A DNA stretch of 64,000 bases. Origin: an uncultured Clostridia bacterium (lineage in GTDB: Bacteria > Bacillota > Limnochordia > DTU080 > RSA5). Below the pieces are notes generated by a model, which worked only from the letters and a program-made list of their open reading frames with translations, did no database searches and was not told where the DNA came from. This document shows, piece by piece, positions 30,158 through 39,619 of the stretch (the first letter of the stretch is position 1; the number at the start of each line of letters is the position of its first letter). Where the stretch lies: the NCBI GenBank assembly GCA_964424335.1, contig CAYRIY010000003.1, forward strand, positions 17,727 through 81,726. The letters are read 5' to 3'. A program made the translations under genes and the position numbers.

Positions 30158-31411
30158 ATGGTGGAACAGCCGAGTTTCGGAGGCCGGCACGTCTATAGCG
30201 TCAGTGAGCTGACCCGGACGATCAAGAGCGTGCTCGAGCGCTCTCGGGACCTCGCTTCCCTGCTCGTCAAGGGTGAGATCTCAAACTTTAAGCACCACAC
30301 CTCAGGGCACATGTACTTTACGCTCAAGGACGACAAGGGGCGTCTCAAGTGCGTGATGTTCCGAGGAAGGGCCTCGACACTGCGGTTTCGTCCTGAAGAC
30401 GGCCTCACCGTCGTGGCTGGAGGCTCGATCAGCGTCTATGAGGCGGCGGGAGAGTATCAACTCTACGTGGACGAGCTCTACCCTGCGGGTCAGGGAGCGC
30501 TCCACCTCGCCTTTGAGCAGCTTAAACAGAAACTGGCCGCGGAAGGCCTCTTTGCAAGCGAGCGGAAGCGACCGATTCCGTTTCTGCCCCGGACCGTAGG
30601 GGTCGTCACATCGCCTACGGGGGCGGCGATTCGGGACATTCTAAGCGTGCTCAGGCGCCGCTTTCCCAATGTCGACATCTTGATCGCGCCGGCGATCGTA
30701 CAAGGGGACGCCGGTCCCCCTAGCGTCGTCGAAGCCATTCGGCGGATGAACGCGAGGGATGATGTCGATGTCTTGATCGTTGGACGGGGCGGAGGCTCTC
30801 TTGAGGAGCTTTGGACGTTCAATGACGAGCGTGTGGCTCGAGCGATCGCAGCCTCGCGCATTCCGGTCATCTCCGCGGTCGGGCATGAAACAGACGTGAC
30901 GATTGCAGATTTTGTAGCGGATCGACGGGCCCCGACGCCTTCTGCGGCGGCTGAAATGGCCGTGCCGGAGCGCGCGGGGCTTTCCCGCGATATCGACGCG
31001 CATAAGGAGCGCCTAATCGGCGCCCAAACGAAACTCATCGCTCGGATGAGGGAAAACTTGGGCTACCTGGAGCAAAGCGCTGCGCTCACCAGGCCGGGGG
31101 ATCGCGTCCGGCAACTCAGCCAACAAGTGGACGAGTTGGTCCATCGCTCCAGCCTTGCTATGACGCGCGAAATGCAAAGCAAGCGGAGCAAGTTGGCCGC
31201 GCTCGTTGGAAAGTTGGATGGCCTCAGTCCCCTCGGCACATTGGCCCGCGGCTACGCCATTTGCAGCGTTTACGACACGGACCAGGTCGTCACCGACGCC
31301 TCGATGGTAAAGCCGGGCGATGCCTTGAGGGTTCGAGTAAGTCGAGGCGAATTCGTTGCCCGGGTGACGGACGGAGTCGGCCCGATGCAAGCCCAGCTCC
31401 CGATTGGGTAG
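30158..31411 (+). CDS. xseA: exodeoxyribonuclease VII large subunit
   Basis: OB-fold N-terminus (VKGEISNFK.H.SGH.YFTLKD) and catalytic core (GRGGGS.EDLW.FN); ORF opens at 30113. Confidence 0.9.
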   Translation: MVEQPSFGGRHVYSVSELTRTIKSVLERSRDLASLLVKGEISNFKHHTSGHMYFTLKDDKGRLKCVMFRGRASTLRFRPEDGLTVVAGGSISVYEAAGEYQLYVDELYPAGQGALHLAFEQLKQKLAAEGLFASERKRPIPFLPRTVGVVTSPTGAAIRDILSVLRRRFPNVDILIAPAIVQGDAGPPSVVEAIRRMNARDDVDVLIVGRGGGSLEELWTFNDERVARAIAASRIPVISAVGHETDVTIADFVADRRAPTPSAAAEMAVPERAGLSRDIDAHKERLIGAQTKLIARMRENLGYLEQSAALTRPGDRVRQLSQQVDELVHRSSLAMTREMQSKRSKLAALVGKLDGLSPLGTLARGYAICSVYDTDQVVTDASMVKPGDALRVRVSRGEFVARVTDGVGPMQAQLPIG

Positions 31412-31535
31412 CAATCGTAGGAAAACGTCGATCGCACGTCGCTGCGCGACAATGATTTAATGGCAGAAGGCGCTGCTCACTTATTTGACGCGAGGGCGAC
31501 GCAGGCAGCGCCTGGAGAGAAGAGGAGTGACGTTC

Positions 31536-31814
31536 GTGAGCGAGGAGAAATCAGGCGTCGGCGTTGGCGGCTCGGAAAACGCCACGTTCGAGGAGGCCTT
31601 TAAGGAGCTCGAGTCGATCGTGCGCAAGCTCGAGGGCGGTGACGTGAAGCTCGAGGAGTCCCTCAAGCTCTTTGAAGAGGGAGTGCGCCTCGCGCGCGCC
31701 TGTTCGGCGAAGTTGGACGCTGCGGAGGGTAAGATCAGGCTGCTCCTCGAGGGGGAGGATGGGTCGCCTGTCGAAGCGCCCTTTGACGACTTGCCTGGAG
31801 CGGCCTCCTCGTGA
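31536..31814 (+). CDS. xseB: exodeoxyribonuclease VII small subunit
   Basis: FEEAFKELESIVRKLEGGDVKLEESLKLFEEG; GTG after AGAGGAG; 124-nt spacer after xseA. Confidence 0.85.
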   Translation: MSEEKSGVGVGGSENATFEEAFKELESIVRKLEGGDVKLEESLKLFEEGVRLARACSAKLDAAEGKIRLLLEGEDGSPVEAPFDDLPGAASS

Positions 31815-32803
31815 GCCGATTAAAGGGGACGTCCACGGTTGCCGAAGCCTTGCGCGAGCGGGTAGAGCGGGTCGAGGAAGCGCTTCACGCCCTCTTGCCG
31901 CACCCGAGCGCGTTTCCTGAGGTCATTCACGAGTCCATGCGCTACAGCACGCTTGGAGGCGGCAAGCGGCTTCGTGCGGTGCTCTTGATGGAGGCCGCCG
32001 CGCTCGTGTCTGCACTGCCAGCGGCGCGACGCGTCTCCCCCGATGAAGCGTCCGTGCACATCACGCCCGAATTAATGCGGTCCGTCGGCGCGGCCCCGGC
32101 AGCCGGCGCTGCGGTGGAGATGGTGCACGCCTTCTCCCTGATCCATGACGATCTTCCGTGCATGGATGACGACGACCTTAGGCGCGGCAAGCCTACAAAC
32201 CACAAAGTGTACGGTGAAGGGATCGCGGTATTGGCAGGGGACGGGCTCTTGGCGCGTGCCTTTGAAGTGACCGCAAGGTTGCCCTGGGCTGGAACGGATC
32301 ATCAAACAGCCGCCCTTGTTACGGCCGAACTCGCGATGGCTGTGGGCTCGGGCGGGATTGTCGGGGGCCAGGTTGCCGACATCCAGGCAGAGAGTCGTTC
32401 GTTCGACGATTCCTCTCTTGATTCTCACGAGACGCTCGCCTACATTCATGCGCATAAGACAGGAGCGCTCTTTGTTGCCAGCCTGCGTATAGGCGGGATC
32501 ATCGGGGGAATGACCCCTGATGAGCTTGCCCAGTTGACATCTTTTGGCGAAAGCATCGGCCTTGTGTTCCAAATCGTGGACGACATCCTCGACGTCGAAG
32601 GCGAGGCGAGCGCCATGGGCAAAAATGTCGGCGGCGACGAGGAACGCGGCAAGCTTACGTATCCCGCCTTATACGGCCTCGATGCTTCCAAACGCCGCGT
32701 CGCGGAGGAGATGGAGCGCGCGGGCTCGGCGCTCGATGTGTTCGGCGAGAAGGCGGCGTTCCTGAGGGCGCTTGCAGAGGCGATGGCGTTACGCCGTTCG
32801 TAG
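31811..32803 (+). CDS. ispA: (2E,6E)-farnesyl diphosphate synthase
   Basis: FARM LIHDDLPCMDDDDLRRGKPT and SARM FQIVDDILD. Confidence 0.9.
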   Translation: MSRLKGTSTVAEALRERVERVEEALHALLPHPSAFPEVIHESMRYSTLGGGKRLRAVLLMEAAALVSALPAARRVSPDEASVHITPELMRSVGAAPAAGAAVEMVHAFSLIHDDLPCMDDDDLRRGKPTNHKVYGEGIAVLAGDGLLARAFEVTARLPWAGTDHQTAALVTAELAMAVGSGGIVGGQVADIQAESRSFDDSSLDSHETLAYIHAHKTGALFVASLRIGGIIGGMTPDELAQLTSFGESIGLVFQIVDDILDVEGEASAMGKNVGGDEERGKLTYPALYGLDASKRRVAEEMERAGSALDVFGEKAAFLRALAEAMALRRS

Positions 32804-32829
32804 TGGTATAATATAAACGACTTTAGGAT

Positions 32830-33500
32830 AGGTGGTGCAGTATCCTAGTCAGACTTCGGCCTTTGAAGACGGGCCTAAAAATCCGTCGCGGGCACATCGA
32901 TGAAGTCCCTGGTGGTGGCCATCGACGCCCAGTCGGGGGTTGCTGCTGGGGGTTAAGGTGATGGGGCGATCTACAATGGCATGTAGGCGTTGACCCCGTC
33001 TCCGCGGAGACCCACGTCCGTGGGGAACCGCTTGCGTATCGTGCTTCGTGGTTCGGGCGCAAGCGGAGAACTACGGCTTGGGGTTAAACCTGCACGCGAT
33101 GCAAGTCGACAGGTCGGAGGTTCGGACTTGTCGCAAGTGTTGGGTGCAGTGTAGCCTGCCTTGAGTGGCGGGGGTGGGATAGCAGGTATCAGCTCGCTTG
33201 CTTCCATGGCCAGGGAGAAAGTGAGTCCTTGCTGCTTGAAACCCTTACTGCAAAAGAGGCTAGAAGGTTTTGAAGTCTGTCGAGGAAAACTCCTAGGCTG
33301 TTCCCTTGCGGGAGGCCTTGCGGGGATTACGGTGTGGTCTGAGTGGCAATCCAGCCTTGCCGTCGGTGACGCGGCAAAGTGGCCGGAAAGGGGAAACCGC
33401 CGAGGACGGTGACGTCGCGGAGGGCCGCTGGGAAAACCTGCTGGACCTTAAGCCACAATCTTTACTCGCAAGGCTGCCACCTATGCCGTTTTTTCTATTG
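32830..33500 (+). ncRNA. ole: candidate OLE (ornate, large, extremophilic) RNA
   Basis: ~860-nt gap between ispA and dxs with no credible ORF, dense GC-rich helices and GNRA-like loops, ending in a T-run near 33490; ispA-ole-(oapA)-dxs is the described OLE locus; boundaries approximate. Confidence 0.5.
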
Positions 33501-33665
33501 GTTTGCCCCCTTGGTATTGCCCCCCAAAATGGTTTTGACACACACCTCACTTTTTAACTCTCTCCCTCGAAGAGGCTCCGTTTGCGTCCGTTCGACCAAG
33601 GAAAGGATATAGTTACGCTTCGCCGAAAGATCGATGATGAGGGTTTTTGAAAGCGAGGAGATTGG

Positions 33666-35582
33666 GTGCCCAGGTTACTCGATTCGATCGACTCTCCCCA
33701 GGACTTAAAGGGATTGAGCATCGATCAACTGGAAAAACTCGCAAGCGAGATCAGGGAAGAGATGGTTGCAACGGTGTCTCGCACCGGAGGACATCTCGGC
33801 GCCAACCTGGGGGCGGTTGAGCTTACCATCGCTTTACATACAGTGCTTGACTCTCCCAAAGACAAGATTGTTTGGGACGTCGGCCACCAAGCCTACCCGC
33901 ACAAACTGTTAACCGGGAGGAGAGACCGCTTTCACACGCTCCGGCAGGAAGGTGGGATCAGCGGCTTTCCGAAGATGGCCGAGAGTCCCCACGACGCCTT
34001 TGGCGTGGGTCACGCAGGCACCTCGATCTCAGCCGCGCTCGGCTACGCAGTCGCCCGAGACAGGTTGGGTGAGCGCTACGCCGTGGTGAGCGTAACGGGA
34101 GACGGCGCCCTCACGGCAGGTATGGCCTTTGAAGCGCTCAACAACGCGGGCGACCTTGGCGTTGACCTCGTGGTGATCATCAACGACAACGAGATGTCGA
34201 TCGCGCCCAACGTGGGCGCTCTCTCAGCGTACCTCGCCCGAGTGCGGATGGACAAAAAGATCCGGCGAGCTCGTGATGAGATCGAAGGTCTCATAAAGCG
34301 AATTCCGGCGATCGGGGGCCCCGTGGTCAAGTCGGCCGAGCGCGTCAAGGAATCGCTTTTCAACATGATCTCGCCTGGCGCGTTCTTTGAGAGTTTGGGC
34401 TTTAGTTACTACGGCCCGATGGATGGCCACAACATTGCGGTGATGCAGCGGGTGATCCGTGACGCAATCGAGCGGGGCGGTCCCGTCTTGATCCACGCGG
34501 TCACCGAAAAGGGGCGCGGCTACGCGCCCGCCGAGAAAGACCCCGGCAAGATGCATGCGATGAAGCCGGCGGCGAATGCGACCGCGCCCAAAGTCGCGGC
34601 CGATCCTCCCCCGGTCAAGGCTCCTTCGTACAGCCAGGTCGTAGGTGACACCCTAATCGAGTTGACCAGGGAAGATCCGCGCGTGGTGGGCATAACCGCC
34701 GCCATGCCCGATGGCACCGGGCTCGACCGTCTGGCGGCGGCGTTTCCTGACCGCTGCTTTGACGTCGGGATCGCCGAGCAGCATGCGGTGACATTTGCCG
34801 CAGGCCTTGCCTGCGCAGGGATGAAGCCGGTCGTCGCGATCTATTCAACCTTTTTGCAGCGTGGATACGATCAGTTGATCCACGATGTCTGCTTGCAGGA
34901 CCTTCCCGTCACGTTCGCCATTGATCGGGCCGGACTCGTGGGCGACGACGGGCCGACGCACAACGGCACGTTCGACATCGCTTACCTTCGCACCACGCCG
35001 AACATCGTCCTCATGGCGCCCAAGGACGAGAACGAATTGCGCCGCATGCTAAAGACGGCCGTTGATGCAGGCAGGCCGGCGGCCATTCGGTTTCCGAGGG
35101 GCTCAGGGCTCGGCGTCCCTCTCGACGAGCAATTGGAGCCGATTCCGATCGGCAAAGCCGAACTGTTGATGGACGGCAATGACGTTGCGATTTTCGCGCT
35201 GGGAAGTATGGTGGCGCCCGCGCTCGAAGCAGCGAGGGCGCTCGCTGATGACGGCATCTCATGCGCGGTCGTCAATGCCCGTTTTGTCAAACCGCTCGAC
35301 GGAGAGCTCCTACGCGCGCTCGGCGAGTCGGTCGGCCGCATCGTCACGGTCGAGGAGCACGCGCTGGCGGGCGGGTTTGGCTCGGCGGTCCTTGAAGCGC
35401 TAAACGAAAGCGGATCGGAGGCGCGTGTGAAGCGCCTCGGCATTCCCGACATCTTTGTGGAACAAGCAAGTCCCGCTGCCCAGCTGGCTGCGTGCGGCCT
35501 CAATTCGAGGGGCATCCAGGCCGCGTGCCGCAGCCTGCTCCAATCGGAAGCTCCGGAGAAGGTGGCCACAGGACGGGCCTAA
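33666..35582 (+). CDS. dxs: 1-deoxy-D-xylulose-5-phosphate synthase
   Basis: TPP-binding GDG..T.GMA.EALN, transketolase-like domains; GTG after GAGGAG. Confidence 0.95.
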   Translation: MPRLLDSIDSPQDLKGLSIDQLEKLASEIREEMVATVSRTGGHLGANLGAVELTIALHTVLDSPKDKIVWDVGHQAYPHKLLTGRRDRFHTLRQEGGISGFPKMAESPHDAFGVGHAGTSISAALGYAVARDRLGERYAVVSVTGDGALTAGMAFEALNNAGDLGVDLVVIINDNEMSIAPNVGALSAYLARVRMDKKIRRARDEIEGLIKRIPAIGGPVVKSAERVKESLFNMISPGAFFESLGFSYYGPMDGHNIAVMQRVIRDAIERGGPVLIHAVTEKGRGYAPAEKDPGKMHAMKPAANATAPKVAADPPPVKAPSYSQVVGDTLIELTREDPRVVGITAAMPDGTGLDRLAAAFPDRCFDVGIAEQHAVTFAAGLACAGMKPVVAIYSTFLQRGYDQLIHDVCLQDLPVTFAIDRAGLVGDDGPTHNGTFDIAYLRTTPNIVLMAPKDENELRRMLKTAVDAGRPAAIRFPRGSGLGVPLDEQLEPIPIGKAELLMDGNDVAIFALGSMVAPALEAARALADDGISCAVVNARFVKPLDGELLRALGESVGRIVTVEEHALAGGFGSAVLEALNESGSEARVKRLGIPDIFVEQASPAAQLAACGLNSRGIQAACRSLLQSEAPEKVATGRA

Positions 35583-36400
35583 TGGGTAAAACTGCCAAAG
35601 AACGTCTCGATGAGGCGCTCGTGAACCAAGGCCTATTTCCAAGTCGTAGCAAGGCCAAGGCCGCAGTGATGGCCGGCATCGTCTATGTGAACGGAAAGCA
35701 GGTCGACAAGTCAGGCGTCCAAGTGGATCGCGATGCACGGATCGAAGTGCGGGGTCCGACGATTCCCTACGTGAGCCGGGGCGGACTAAAGCTGGCGGCG
35801 GCGCTGGATCGGTTCCATCTTTCGCCGCAGGGGAAAGTGTGCCTCGATGTGGGAGCCTCCACCGGAGGATTTACTGACTGTCTCCTGCAGCGAGGGGCCC
35901 GCCTCGTGCATGCGGTCGACGTCGGATACGGGCAACTGGCGTGGTTGCTTAGGCAGGATGAACGAGTAGTCGTGTGGGAGCGGACAAACTTCCGCTATGT
36001 GACCCCGGAGCAAATATCCGGCATCGAGCTCGCCGCTGTCGACGTCTCGTTCATCTCCTTGAGGCTCATCCTGCCTGTCTTGCGGCGTTTGGTCGTGCCG
36101 GAGGCGGACGTTGTCACATTGATCAAGCCGCAATTTGAGGCGGGGCCTGATCGCGTCGGCAAGAAGGGGGTCGTCCGTAGCATGGACGTGCACATCGACG
36201 TACTGAGCGAGCTCCTTGAGTGGGCGCGAGCCGAAGCCGATTTCGAACCCCAAGGCCTTTGCCATTCGCCGATCACCGGACCAGAAGGCAACATCGAGTT
36301 TCTCGCATGGTGGCGCCTTTCTCGATCATCAAAACGCGACGAATGGATCGACGTAGAAGGCGTCGTGCGCGAGGCGTGGGCCACACTTGGTGAACATTGA
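35582..36400 (+). CDS. tlyA: TlyA-family rRNA 2'-O-methyltransferase
   Basis: S4 domain N-terminus plus FtsJ-like MTase (DVGASTGGFTD); TAATG overlap with dxs. Confidence 0.85.
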   Translation: MGKTAKERLDEALVNQGLFPSRSKAKAAVMAGIVYVNGKQVDKSGVQVDRDARIEVRGPTIPYVSRGGLKLAAALDRFHLSPQGKVCLDVGASTGGFTDCLLQRGARLVHAVDVGYGQLAWLLRQDERVVVWERTNFRYVTPEQISGIELAAVDVSFISLRLILPVLRRLVVPEADVVTLIKPQFEAGPDRVGKKGVVRSMDVHIDVLSELLEWARAEADFEPQGLCHSPITGPEGNIEFLAWWRLSRSSKRDEWIDVEGVVREAWATLGEH

Positions 36401-36431
36401 CATTAACCGTTAAGATTCCCGCTAAGAGGGG

Positions 36432-37286
36432 GTGTCGCCATTGTCTGCCATCGCGTTGCTTCCCCATTCTGGGAAACCGGCTGCTATGGATTTGGCGGCC
36501 GGGCTCATTTCCCACCTGGAACAACGAGCGATCGAAGTTTGGGTCGAACAAGACGCAGCAGAGAAGCTGGGCCGAAAAGACCTGGTCGCAGGCGATCAGG
36601 AGTTTGCCGCGTGCCTTGCTGCGATCGTGCTCGGGGGGGACGGGGCGTTTCTAAAGGCAGCCAGAACGGTAGCGCCCCTCGGCGTGCCGCTTCTTGGCGT
36701 GAATTTGGGGCACCTTGGCTTTTTGACCGCGGTCGAGCCCGCAGGCCTATTTGGCGCGCTCGAGCGGTTGCTTGAGGGAGATTACACGATCGAAGAGCGC
36801 CTCATGCTGAAGGCCTCGATCATCCGGTCCGGCGAGCGGATCGCATCTTTTTTCGGTTTAAACGATGCGGTGGTGACGCGGGGCGTCTTTCCCCGGGTGA
36901 TCCAACTCGATACGTTTATCGATGACGCCTTTGTGGGCACGTTTTTGGCGGACGGCATGATCGTCTCCACGCCGACCGGATCGACGGCGTACTCGCTCTC
37001 CGCCGGGGGGCCGATCTTGCATCCCCGCCTCGAGGCGCTCGTCGTCACCCCGATCTGTCCGCATACGGTAGGGGCGCGCACGTTGGTGACACGGCCCGAC
37101 GAGCGCGTCAAGATCCGAATGACCAACGAGCGGACAGACGCGATGCTTACGGTCGATGGCCAAATTGCAGAAGCACTGCGAAGCGGCGACGAGGTCGAAG
37201 TGACGCGGGCAGGAAAGCCCGCGCGCTTGGTTAATCTGAATGGGCGGAGTTTCTATGACCTCCTCCACAGTCGGCTTCTGCTATGA
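36432..37286 (+). CDS. nadK: NAD kinase
   Basis: GGDG motif (IVLGGDGAFL), NE/D motifs, DGQIAE. Confidence 0.85.
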   Translation: MSPLSAIALLPHSGKPAAMDLAAGLISHLEQRAIEVWVEQDAAEKLGRKDLVAGDQEFAACLAAIVLGGDGAFLKAARTVAPLGVPLLGVNLGHLGFLTAVEPAGLFGALERLLEGDYTIEERLMLKASIIRSGERIASFFGLNDAVVTRGVFPRVIQLDTFIDDAFVGTFLADGMIVSTPTGSTAYSLSAGGPILHPRLEALVVTPICPHTVGARTLVTRPDERVKIRMTNERTDAMLTVDGQIAEALRSGDEVEVTRAGKPARLVNLNGRSFYDLLHSRLLL

Positions 37287-37310
37287 AGTCCCGCCAAGAA
37301 GGAAGAGAGC

Positions 37311-37787
37311 ATGAAAGATTCCCGGCACCAAGCTATCTTGTCGATCATTCGTGAAAGCGACGTGCGCACCCAGGAGGAACTCGCAAGCGCTTTGCGCGAG
37401 CGCGGCTTTGAGGTGACGCAGGCCACCGTCTCACGGGACGTACGTGAGCTAGGCGTTGTGAAGGTCGCTTCCAAAGACGGCGGCTACCGGTATGCCGTGC
37501 CGCCCACTCCGCTTCCGCCCGACGCGCTCGGCCGGGTGCAAAAAACCTTTCACGACTACGTTAGGGATGTAACATTCTCCGGCAACTTGCTTGTGATCAA
37601 GACACAGCCCGGCAGTGCGATGGTAGTGGCGGCGGCCCTCGACGCCCTAAACCTCGAGGGCGTCGCCGGCACGATCGCAGGCGACGACGCCGTCTTGGTC
37701 GTCGCGAAGGACGGGAGGCCTTCCCCTGCGGACGGAGCCGCGACGGAGCTATACGAGCGCTTCTTGGAGTGGCGGCGCGAGCCATAG
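37311..37787 (+). CDS. argR: arginine repressor
   Basis: wHTH (TQEELASALRERGFEVTQATVSRDVRELG) plus C-terminal arginine-binding GTIAGDDAV. Confidence 0.9.
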   Translation: MKDSRHQAILSIIRESDVRTQEELASALRERGFEVTQATVSRDVRELGVVKVASKDGGYRYAVPPTPLPPDALGRVQKTFHDYVRDVTFSGNLLVIKTQPGSAMVVAAALDALNLEGVAGTIAGDDAVLVVAKDGRPSPADGAATELYERFLEWRREP

Positions 37788-37817
37788 AAACGCGAAAGCA
37801 GGGAGGGAGCCGGTGCA

Positions 37818-39545
37818 GTGCTGCATGAACTCCACATCGAAGATTTCGCCCTTGCCCGCCTTGTCGACGTCGAGTTCGCGCCTGGCTTCAACGTCTTGAC
37901 AGGAGAGACCGGAGCGGGAAAGTCGATTCTGATCGATGCCGTTCAAGCGGCGATCGGCGGGCGCGTGAGCGCGGGCGATGTGCGGCAGGGCAGCGAGCGC
38001 GCGCGCATCGAGGCGTCGTTCTCGCTTTCCCCTGGGATGATCGATTCGGAAGCCTTGGACGCGTTCGCGATTGAAGGCGACGACACGCTGATCTTGTCGC
38101 GTGAGATCCCCACCGAAGGGCGAAACAAGTGCCGTATCAACGGGCGGCTTGCAAATGCCTCACAACTAGCGGAGGTAGGCGGGCGTCTCGTAGAAGTGCA
38201 CGGTCAGCACGATGCCCATGCGCTGGTTGCCGTCGCGCGCCACATCGACCTGCTCGACGCGCTGGGCGGCGAAAAGCTGCGGCAATTGCGGGAAACGGTG
38301 GCCGGCAATGTGGCCCGCCGCCGCTCGATTCTCGCGGAGATCGAACGTCTCGAAGAGGGCGAGCGGGATCGGGCGAGGCGAGAAGACCTCCTAGCCTATC
38401 AAATCGATGAAATTGCCGCCGCGCGTTTGGAGCTCGGTGAAGACGCTGCGCTCGAGGCGGAGCGCGGGCGACTCGCTCACGCCGAGCGGCTTGCCCACGG
38501 CGCCAGAGAAGTCTATAGCGCCCTGTACGAAGGCGACGGCGGCCACCTCTCCGCACTGGATCTGATCGGTGCTGCGAGCGACCGTTTGATGTCGATCTCG
38601 GAGTACGATTCATCGCTCGTGCCGCTGCTCGAAGAGCTTCAATCAGCCATGGCGAGCCTCCAAGAGGTGGCACGGGAGATTCGTCGCTATGGCGAAGACG
38701 TCACCTACGATCCGGAGCGACTTGCGGAAGTCGAAGAACGGCTCGAACTCATCAGCAGGCTCAAACGGAAGTACGGCGATGGGATCGACGAAATCCTGGA
38801 GTTTGCCGCATCCGCCCAAAGAGAGCTCGACGAGGTGACGAGCGCATCTGATCGCATCAAGGCGCTTAAAGCTGAGCTCAAGACGTTGGACGACGCCTTG
38901 CGCCAGCAGGTGAGCGACTTGTCGCTCCTCAGGCAAAAGACGGCGCAGCAGGTGAGCGGAATGGTCGAGGCCAGGCTGCGATACCTCCAAATGCCTGACG
39001 CCCAGTTTCAAGTCTCGATCACGCGCCGCGAGGACCCCGAAGGGATCGAGATTGGCGGTGACATGGTTCGCCTGGGTAGCTTTGGCATCGATCACGTCGA
39101 GTTTCTCTTTTCCGCCAATCGGGGTGAGAGTCCAAGGCCGCTCGCCAAGATCGCATCCGGCGGCGAAATGTCGCGGGTGATGCTTGCGATCAAGGCAGCC
39201 CTTGCAGAAGTGGAGCGCACCCCGACGCTCATTTTTGACGAGGTCGACGCGGGGATCGGAGGAGAGACGGCTCAACGAGTGGGCGACACCCTTGCCGAGC
39301 TTGCACGGGGACGCCAGGTGCTCGTCGTCACGCACCTTGCCCAGATTGCCGCCAAAGCCGACCAACACTTCGTGGTCGAGAAATCGTCCGATGGAGACCG
39401 GACGACGGTGAACGTGCGCCTCGTTGAGGGCGAAGAGCGCGTGCGGGAACTTGCTCGCATGCTGGATGGAAAGGCGACGGATGCGAGCTTCAAGCATGCC
39501 AAGGCGCTGCTCGAGCTGGCCGCCGAAGGCAAGTCCTCCAGCTAA
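37818..39545 (+). CDS. recN: DNA repair protein RecN
   Basis: SMC-like Walker A GETGAGKS, coiled coil, signature/Walker B (LIFDEVDAGIGG); GTG after GGGAGGGAG. Confidence 0.9.
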   Translation: MLHELHIEDFALARLVDVEFAPGFNVLTGETGAGKSILIDAVQAAIGGRVSAGDVRQGSERARIEASFSLSPGMIDSEALDAFAIEGDDTLILSREIPTEGRNKCRINGRLANASQLAEVGGRLVEVHGQHDAHALVAVARHIDLLDALGGEKLRQLRETVAGNVARRRSILAEIERLEEGERDRARREDLLAYQIDEIAAARLELGEDAALEAERGRLAHAERLAHGAREVYSALYEGDGGHLSALDLIGAASDRLMSISEYDSSLVPLLEELQSAMASLQEVAREIRRYGEDVTYDPERLAEVEERLELISRLKRKYGDGIDEILEFAASAQRELDEVTSASDRIKALKAELKTLDDALRQQVSDLSLLRQKTAQQVSGMVEARLRYLQMPDAQFQVSITRREDPEGIEIGGDMVRLGSFGIDHVEFLFSANRGESPRPLAKIASGGEMSRVMLAIKAALAEVERTPTLIFDEVDAGIGGETAQRVGDTLAELARGRQVLVVTHLAQIAAKADQHFVVEKSSDGDRTTVNVRLVEGEERVRELARMLDGKATDASFKHAKALLELAAEGKSSS

Positions 39546-39619
39546 AACACATGGTGTGCGTCAAAATCGACGGGCAACCTAGGGCGTAGATTCTCTGGTC
39601 CCTAGGAGTGGTTAGCCCA

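Noticed and set aside
32804-33665. oapA (OLE-associated membrane protein gene) expected between ole and dxs
   Set aside because: None of the six frames in the gap encodes a hydrophobic multi-TM product. The 83- and 77-aa ORFs at 33161 and 33379 are Arg/Gly-rich and non-membrane, so oapA is judged absent from this locus.
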